A stretch of DNA of 40,000 nt from Heyndrickxia oleronia (lineage in GTDB: Bacteria > Bacillota > Bacilli > Bacillales > Bacillaceae_C). The notes below the pieces were generated by a model. That model did no database searches. It was not told the DNA's origin and was given only the letters and a program-made list of their open reading frames with translations. A program made the position numbers and the translations under genes. Shown in pieces: positions 34,687 through 40,000 of the stretch. The stretch lies in the NCBI RefSeq assembly GCF_017809215.1, contig NZ_CP065424.1, forward strand, positions 4,333,509 to 4,373,508, written 5' to 3'. How positions within the stretch are numbered: position 1 is the stretch's first letter; each line of letters begins with the position of its first letter.

Positions 34687-35477
34687 GCCGGATATACATC
34701 CTTTTTCAGCTTTGTAAGAGCGAAACGTCTTAAACCGGTTACTTCATCCTCAAGCTCAATGTATTCACTTTGATATCGATCACAACGTTTTTGAAGGTTA
34801 TCAATTTCACGCTCATAGGTTTGAACTCTATTTACTAGATTTGTATTTTCTTTATGAAGCTGCTCTTTATCTAGCATGGCCGTTTCATAAAGTTCGACTG
34901 ATTTATCTAATTGGTTTTGAAGCTTGATGATAAGCTCGTCTTTCCTTAAATTTTCCTGCACCGAATCCTTAAGCAGTTCCTCTTTTTCAGTAACTAACTT
35001 ATGTGCATCTACTAGTTCACGTTTAAGTAGCTCTAATTCCTTACTAATTTCCTTATTTTCGTTCGATAAATCACTTTTGGTAGTTTTACTCTCTGCGTCA
35101 TTTGAAGTGCTTAAAGCAGCTTTATTTACTGTTCCATTTCTTCTAGCTAGAACTGTATTCATTCGTAGCTGTTCGATTTCTTCTGGAGAAAAGTTATCTT
35201 TTTTCCATTGGGTAAGTTCCCCTATATGTTTTAAATTGAAATCCTTTGCAATTTTTGTATCTGAAACACCTCGGCTTTTAAGGTCCAGATATCGTTCCTT
35301 GGTTAAGACCACGTCCTTCTCCCCTTTCAAAATATCTTCTAACTTTTCACCTGCTTTATACCTGGCTAATTGATCTTGCGTAAGAGTATATTCATCTAGG
35401 GTTGGCTTCCATCCATCACTTGATGAAACAGTTCTGACTGCCCCTGTGTACCTTCTTGGCACGCTAGTTTGAGCCAT
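34683..35477 (-). CDS. Hypothetical protein: N-terminal HTH-like region plus long coiled coil
   Basis: ORF track. SDTKIAKDFNLKHIGELTQWKK is HTH-like; the C-terminal half is heptad-rich. Confidence 0.55.
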   Translation of the reverse strand: MAQTSVPRRYTGAVRTVSSSDGWKPTLDEYTLTQDQLARYKAGEKLEDILKGEKDVVLTKERYLDLKSRGVSDTKIAKDFNLKHIGELTQWKKDNFSPEEIEQLRMNTVLARRNGTVNKAALSTSNDAESKTTKSDLSNENKEISKELELLKRELVDAHKLVTEKEELLKDSVQENLRKDELIIKLQNQLDKSVELYETAMLDKEQLHKENTNLVNRVQTYEREIDNLQKRCDRYQSEYIELEDEVTGLRRFALTKLKKDVYPA

Positions 35478-35916
35478 TTCTCTTCACCTTCCCCTTAAGT
35501 TTTTTTAGCTTGTCCAACTCTATAAATCCAAAATGATCATCGTAAGCAAGGACAGAAAGAGTATCAAGGTATTGTCGTTCAAATAGCTTCCGTTTTAGTA
35601 AAAACTCTTTTGTTTCATGTCCTTTTATATCTACTATTTCAATGGTCCCATCCAACTTATGAACCTCGAAATCCGCTACATATTCAATCTTGCGAAAATG
35701 CTTACCATTCTTAGTGAAAGCTTCTTGGAGTATGTATCTTGGCTGTAGCTTAAAATCTTTTATTTGTTTTGCTTGTTTTAGCCATTTCAGTTGGTTGTAA
35801 TAGATTGCCTCGGCTTTACTATCAAAAGTAATGCCATCTACTATCGTTTTCTGATTACCGTATTTAGGTCTATTTGTCTTCATTTTGCGAAATTCCTTAG
35901 ATGACATCCGTTGCAT
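35464..35916 (-). CDS. DUF1064-type protein (PD-(D/E)xK-like, putative Holliday junction resolvase)
   Basis: KYGNQKTIVDGITFDSKAEAIYY...EYVADFEV...IVDIKG pattern. ATG at 35916 follows the upstream stop by 1 nt; the track start is 35940. Confidence 0.65.
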   Translation of the reverse strand: MQRMSSKEFRKMKTNRPKYGNQKTIVDGITFDSKAEAIYYNQLKWLKQAKQIKDFKLQPRYILQEAFTKNGKHFRKIEYVADFEVHKLDGTIEIVDIKGHETKEFLLKRKLFERQYLDTLSVLAYDDHFGFIELDKLKKLKGKVKRNGSN

Positions 35917-35917
35917 G

Positions 35918-36277
35918 TTAATAAAACTCCAAGTCCTCATTATTTTCTATACAAAGTTTCATACCTTTAACTAGTTCTAAAGCATTTATTTTGTCTGGAT
36001 CGCTTTCATCCCAATCCATAGTTAATTCAATTAATCTTGGGTATACTTGCTTGCATTCATCGGGAGTTAATATACCGTCACAATCAGAATGATCAAGTAA
36101 TGGTTTTATTTGATCAGTAACAGTCTCCCATGAAATTCCACGATAACCTTGTACAGGACCTGTAAAACCATCCATTTTCAAAAGATCTATTCCAATTTTT
36201 TCAGCCAACCTTCTTCTGAAGTTCATAAAACCACCATAGCCCCAATGTGCATCACAATGACTAAAATCTAATCCCAT
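35918..36277 (-). CDS. Hypothetical protein (119 aa)
   Basis: ORF track; TAATG junction with the upstream small gene. Confidence 0.5.
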   Translation of the reverse strand: MGLDFSHCDAHWGYGGFMNFRRRLAEKIGIDLLKMDGFTGPVQGYRGISWETVTDQIKPLLDHSDCDGILTPDECKQVYPRLIELTMDWDESDPDKINALELVKGMKLCIENNEDLEFY

Positions 36278-36429
36278 TAGTATTCACTCTCCTTTTTCAA
36301 GTCAAAAGAAATCTGATCCTTATTCTCTTTATCTTTCAATTTGGCAATCTTTGTTTCACATACAGGACCAATGCCTCTCTCGATAGACTTTTTGCTTTTT
36401 AGTGGACGATTACATATTGGACAGTTCAT
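36277..36429 (-). CDS. 50-aa Zn-binding protein, DUF6011-like (below the track cutoff)
   Basis: Hand translation MNCPICNRPLKSKKSIERGIGPVCETKIAKL... with CPIC...GIGPVC. ATGA overlap upstream and TAATG downstream. Confidence 0.55.
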   Translation of the reverse strand: MNCPICNRPLKSKKSIERGIGPVCETKIAKLKDKENKDQISFDLKKESEY

Positions 36430-36779
36430 GAAATTACCTCCAAATCCTCTTCTCGTACTTTGTAAAAGCCTTTAAGATTACAAGCTACTAGAAAAACAGT
36501 GTCATAGGTGGTGTCATACCAGGAAAAACGATCTAAGAAATCCCCTTCATGGTTTTGCGCTTCCTCAAGTGTTGTTTCTATACCAACCCTTCTTTTTCCA
36601 ACGACAATTCCTGTTTTATGCTGACCAAATTCCTTCTCAACCAACTTTCTAATTTTTAACTGACAAGTATTTTCTAACTCTTTTTCCTGCTTAGGTGTGA
36701 GGTAATTAAAAGAAGCACCATCATGACCTTTAATAAGACATTTTTTAAATCTTACTTGTTGACCTAGCTTCATATTCAC
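36426..36779 (-). CDS. Hypothetical protein (117 aa)
   Basis: ORF track; 4-nt overlaps on both sides. Confidence 0.5.
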   Translation of the reverse strand: MNMKLGQQVRFKKCLIKGHDGASFNYLTPKQEKELENTCQLKIRKLVEKEFGQHKTGIVVGKRRVGIETTLEEAQNHEGDFLDRFSWYDTTYDTVFLVACNLKGFYKVREEDLEVIS

Positions 36780-36937
36780 ACCTCATTTTGTATCCTATGC
36801 ATAGTTAAAACATACTTAAGAGTCTGATAATCTAGTTGATAGATAGATTTATTTTGATGTTCTTTGATGCCGGCATTCTCCAGTTGATTGATAATGAAAT
36901 TGCGCTTCATTACCGCTTGATATAGGATGCCCATCAT
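36776..36937 (-). CDS. Hypothetical protein (53 aa from ATG at 36937)
   Basis: AAAGGAG SD lies just after the organiser gene stop. The track's longer form overlaps the upstream gene by 80 nt. Confidence 0.45.
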   Translation of the reverse strand: MMGILYQAVMKRNFIINQLENAGIKEHQNKSIYQLDYQTLKYVLTMHRIQNEV

Positions 36938-36947
36938 ATATCTCCTT

Positions 36948-37907
36948 TCAGGATCCGGATTTTTGATATTTTTGTTGTATGCGCTCCAAACGAGCACGTT
37001 TTTCTTCTGGCGACTCGACATCACCAACCGGTTTTATCTTACTTACTTTTTGTTGCTCCTCTTCAAACCATGAAGGGGTTTTTTCCTTTCTGATAGGTTT
37101 TCGATTAAAATTAGTATTAGATTTCGTTTTATTAAACTTCTCCTGTTCATAAGCTCTAATTCTATCCAGTGATCCTAAATTGTTATTTGCCCATTCTTTT
37201 AAGAGGAACTCAACAAAGCCAAAATAACGTTTATTTTTGTTATCTGCTATTGTGATTGCCTCATTAACGATTTCCGATTTCCCTTCAAATTCATCCACCC
37301 ATTTCATTAAGGAGTGCGACTGAATTGGGGACAACCGACATAGAATTTTTTCGAACAAAGCAATGGGATTTTCCAATTCGGTAGTAGTAGTAGTATTTAA
37401 ATTATTGTCATTATTACCCTTATTACCATTATTGTTTGTGGACACTTGTTGGACATTTGCTGGACATTTGTTGGACACTTGTTGGTCATTTAGTTGGACA
37501 TCATGCTGATACAAATTCCAGTTATTTATTGTTACAACGCTATATTTCGTCTCTGATTTGATGGTCAAAAAATCATCGTTTTCTAACCCCTTTAACCAAC
37601 GCCACAATGTTCTTTCGTTAACTTTTTCATTTTTTTTCATCCCATAATTGTAGGATTCAGCTAATGAAAATCTTCCTGTAATAAATTGACCTGGTTCTAA
37701 TTTAATTATTTGTTTACCGACTAACTGTTCATGTTCCTTATGTGAAGCTTCCAGTAGGCAAAGCATCCAAAGTTTAAGGAGTTTAGGATCTTGCCATACC
37801 GGATTGTTCATTATCTTCCTGTGGATGCTCACCCACCCTTGCAAAGCGTTCACCCTTTCATCATTTGCCTGTAGTATATTCCTAAAATCGTTCATCAAAT
37901 TTCGCAT
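36948..37907 (-). CDS. Replisome organiser: N-terminal winged-helix region plus C-terminal DnaD/DnaB_2 domain
   Basis: C-terminal LSPIQSHSLMKWVDEFEGKSEIVNEAITIADNKNKRYFGFVEFLLKEWANNNL is a DnaD-domain pattern. Contains the internal iterons. Confidence 0.75.
   Translation of the reverse strand: MRNLMNDFRNILQANDERVNALQGWVSIHRKIMNNPVWQDPKLLKLWMLCLLEASHKEHEQLVGKQIIKLEPGQFITGRFSLAESYNYGMKKNEKVNERTLWRWLKGLENDDFLTIKSETKYSVVTINNWNLYQHDVQLNDQQVSNKCPANVQQVSTNNNGNKGNNDNNLNTTTTTELENPIALFEKILCRLSPIQSHSLMKWVDEFEGKSEIVNEAITIADNKNKRYFGFVEFLLKEWANNNLGSLDRIRAYEQEKFNKTKSNTNFNRKPIRKEKTPSWFEEEQQKVSKIKPVGDVESPEEKRARLERIQQKYQKSGS
37437..37502. repeat. Six direct 11-bp iterons (consensus TTGGACAYTTG), putative phage ori
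   Basis: GGACA (GGTCA in the fifth unit) at 37440, 37451, 37462, 37473, 37484 and 37496, giving spacings of 11, 11, 11, 11 and 12. An AT-rich tract with GTA x5 lies at 37381-37436. Confidence 0.6.
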
Positions 37908-37929
37908 TTATGATATAAAAGGAAACTTT

Positions 37930-38631
37930 TTAAGGGATAATAACCATCTTCCCTGTTAGTTGCATGACTTCTTTCTTAAACAAATCAGCATCACTATTTG
38001 AATCACTCAAGTGCAGCATCCAGATCTCCTGAACCTTTTTTAAATCATTCGCCTTAAGAAACTCTTTGAAGTTTTCTAAGCTCATATGCGACTTTATAAG
38101 GCGTTTTTTCATTAGTTTTGGTGTTCGACCACTAGCAATGTTTTCGCTTAGCATTTCCATAGAGTAATTACACTCCACCATGATGTGAGTTAACCCCTGG
38201 AATCTGTATTTGATGTAATAGGTATCAGTGGCAAATAAAACCTTCTCGCCTTCTTGATTAGCTAATAGAAAGCCATATGGCTCTGATACATCGTGTTGAA
38301 CATCAAACGGTAAAATGGCCCAGGTACCGATTTGAAACTGCTCTTTCGCTTTCACATGCTTTATTCTGTGATGTTGAACATTGATAGCTCCTGCCGTTCC
38401 CTCTGACATGTAGCAATCTATTCCAGCCTTAAGAACATCCTTAATTGCCTTACAGTGATCTCCGTGCTCATGAGTAACTAAACACCCTGCGATATTCGCA
38501 GTTTGGAAATTAAGTTGTCTTTGAACCTCTTTAAATCTGATCCCTGCCTCCAGTAGCAAGGGAGTGCTACCATCTGTTATGTAGTAGCAATTCCCTGCAC
38601 TAGAACTTCCGAATGCTTTGATTTCAATCAT
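37930..38631 (-). CDS. MBL-fold metallo-hydrolase
   Basis: THEHGDH (HxHxDH) motif. 1-nt overlap with recT. Confidence 0.8.
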   Translation of the reverse strand: MIEIKAFGSSSAGNCYYITDGSTPLLLEAGIRFKEVQRQLNFQTANIAGCLVTHEHGDHCKAIKDVLKAGIDCYMSEGTAGAINVQHHRIKHVKAKEQFQIGTWAILPFDVQHDVSEPYGFLLANQEGEKVLFATDTYYIKYRFQGLTHIMVECNYSMEMLSENIASGRTPKLMKKRLIKSHMSLENFKEFLKANDLKKVQEIWMLHLSDSNSDADLFKKEVMQLTGKMVIIP

Positions 38632-39542
38632 TAGAAGTTAGGTCCTGTTCCTGTGTGTTCAAATTGCATTTGTTCTTGGTTGACATCGACCTGCTGAGAA
38701 GACTGATCTTCAATTTGATTTGGTTCTTCTGGATCCACTTCATATTCCACATCGATAATTTCACTATTTGCGTTTTGCTGGATTTCTTCCTGTACTTGCG
38801 CCTCTTCTGCAGCTTCACTTGAACGATTAATATGTTGCATCAGAAGACTACTATCATCAGAGGAATTTAAGAACTTCTTACAAGCACGATTGATGACTGT
38901 TTTCTTAGCCATTTCCTGTTTAAATTCATCATGAGTGCTTCCTTTACGTTCTTCTGCTTGATCTTTCCCCCACATTTGCGATTTTTTCCAAGCTTGCCTA
39001 ATCTCGTCCATTGTCATTAATTCGTGATATACATTGTCTTTATCGATAACAATCGTGCAGTAAGCACCGATGATATTTTCCTTATTGATGTTCCCGAATT
39101 TTTGTTTATGGACTAGATTTGTGATTCTACCATTAACCATTTCATATACCACTTCGTCACCCTCATAGATAACAGCTGCATCTATGCTCTTCGCCCCGGT
39201 TACTCTTTTGGTAACACCCATAGTTCCAAAGTAAGAACGCATACAAACTAATTGGTTTCCATAAACAATGAAGTAACATTGCTTTTTAGATGGGTTTAAT
39301 CCTTGGACTACCATATCTAGTAAAGCATTCGCCACGCTATCCCTAGTACAAATCTCTAAAGCAGGACGTTTATTTCTATCCTTAGTTTCCTGTAAAATTA
39401 ACCATGCACTTTTCATAGCATTATCAGGAGAATAACCCGCAGGGAAGTGTAATTCCCCACGTTCTTGAAACTCTCGAACCTTCGATGCCACGACATCGAC
39501 TGTATCTTTTTTGACCATTGCTAATTGATTTTGATTACTCAT
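38631..39542 (-). CDS. recT: RecT-family single-strand annealing recombinase
   Basis: CTRDSVANALLDMVVQGLNPSKKQCYFIVYGNQL..MRSYFG pattern, with an acidic C-terminal tail. Confidence 0.75.
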   Translation of the reverse strand: MSNQNQLAMVKKDTVDVVASKVREFQERGELHFPAGYSPDNAMKSAWLILQETKDRNKRPALEICTRDSVANALLDMVVQGLNPSKKQCYFIVYGNQLVCMRSYFGTMGVTKRVTGAKSIDAAVIYEGDEVVYEMVNGRITNLVHKQKFGNINKENIIGAYCTIVIDKDNVYHELMTMDEIRQAWKKSQMWGKDQAEERKGSTHDEFKQEMAKKTVINRACKKFLNSSDDSSLLMQHINRSSEAAEEAQVQEEIQQNANSEIIDVEYEVDPEEPNQIEDQSSQQVDVNQEQMQFEHTGTGPNF

Positions 39543-39721
39543 TTATCATCATCCTCTCCATTGATTTCAATTGCTGTAGTATGCACATCCTCGGTAGCCT
39601 CATTGATAAAACTTTTATTATTTGCACGTCTGAATAGATACAATGCCTCTTGTGCGTTTGAAGCAGCAATCTCTGCTCTTGAGACCATATTCCTAACTTC
39701 TTCAACTAAAAACTTTGGCAT
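39539..39721 (-). CDS. Hypothetical protein (60 aa)
   Basis: ORF track; GAAGGAGG SD; overlaps both neighbours. Confidence 0.5.
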   Translation of the reverse strand: MPKFLVEEVRNMVSRAEIAASNAQEALYLFRRANNKSFINEATEDVHTTAIEINGEDDDK

Positions 39722-39999
39722 TAGATAGCCTCCTTCAACGAATCTTGATTTTCGACACGCAGTACCTTGTCCTTTTCAGATACAACCAAGCTAATCGTTT
39801 GTGATTTTGTTTCTATTAACTTTGTTACAGCTTCACGGTTATCGATAAAGATAGGGGCAAGTAATCCATAATGCTCAGATAAAGTGTTAATGATGTCCAA
39901 ACCGACATTGATACGTGCTGCATTATTCAGTCCAGAGTCATATGGAACACCGTTAAAAGTAGTTACACATGTTTCCTTTAATCCACCATTGATTTGTTC
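39721..39999 (-). CDS. C-terminal 92 codons of a protein entering from beyond the window; possibly SMC/RecF-like ATPase
   Basis: Hand translation ...NAARINVGLDIINTLSEHYGLLAPIFIDNREAVTKLIETKSQTISLVVSEKDKVLRVENQDSLKEAI. TAATG junction. LLAPIFIDNRE resembles a Walker B/D-loop. Confidence 0.4.
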   Translation of the reverse strand, partial: EQINGGLKETCVTTFNGVPYDSGLNNAARINVGLDIINTLSEHYGLLAPIFIDNREAVTKLIETKSQTISLVVSEKDKVLRVENQDSLKEAI

Positions 40000-40000
40000 C

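Larger units (their letters stand above)
2421..40000. mobile_element. Prophage segment, PBSX/skin-like contractile-tail type; right end outside the window, left boundary uncertain (somewhere in 540-2535)
   Basis: Collinear minus-strand recombination/replication, packaging, head, tail, baseplate and lysis modules with XkdK/M/N/O/P/Q/R/S/T/U/X-like order. No integrase, repressor or att site is visible in the window. Confidence 0.85.

Noticed and set aside
36938-37027. Long form of the 83-aa ORF overlapping the organiser gene by 80 nt
   Set aside because: An internal ATG at 36937 with an AAAGGAG SD just past the upstream stop is the more plausible start.
37437-37502. Possible CRISPR-like or minisatellite array
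   Set aside because: The 11-bp units have no spacers, lie inside a CDS and have helical phasing. They fit iterons, not CRISPR.
38624-38818. 64-aa minus-strand ORF overlapping the 3' end of recT
   Set aside because: Out of frame within recT, lysine-rich low complexity, no SD.

Overview
Low-GC, Bacillus-like DNA dominated by one large prophage segment encoded almost entirely on the minus strand, of the PBSX/skin-like contractile-tail type. Its right end lies beyond 40000. From right to left: a partial SMC/RecF-like ATPase, RecT, an MBL-fold hydrolase, a DnaD-type replisome organiser containing an 11-bp iteron array (putative ori), and small early genes including a DUF6011-like Zn ribbon and a DUF1064-type protein. 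Next comes a visibly AT-richer accessory island (about 28.4-32.8 kb), then a sigma-r4/ArpU-like late regulator and a terminator-segmented late leader. The late genes follow: TerS/TerL, portal, SPP1-gp7-like head protein, GP20 scaffold, capsid, connectors, sheath, tube, chaperone with a -1 frameshift site, a moron, tape measure, XkdP-U-like baseplate, fibres, and a lysis cassette (XkdX, BhlA, holin, XhlA, amidase). The accessory island carries an orphan Dam-like methylase and a strand-flipped cassette (Spo0E-like phosphatase, small membrane peptides, a secreted two-Cys pre-peptide). It also carries the most interesting item: a compact three-gene operon (28496-30251) encoding a GHKL/anti-sigma-type ATPase, a STAS-like DUF4325-type protein and a PIN nuclease. 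I read this as a candidate partner-switching-controlled nuclease defence or toxin system and cannot match it to any named system. Left of 2.5 kb lie an unusual ~280-bp tandem repeat array with SD-containing hairpins, a membrane protein paralogous to one inside the prophage, and a partial DUF3231-like flanking gene. All family assignments come from motif recognition by eye; no searches were run.
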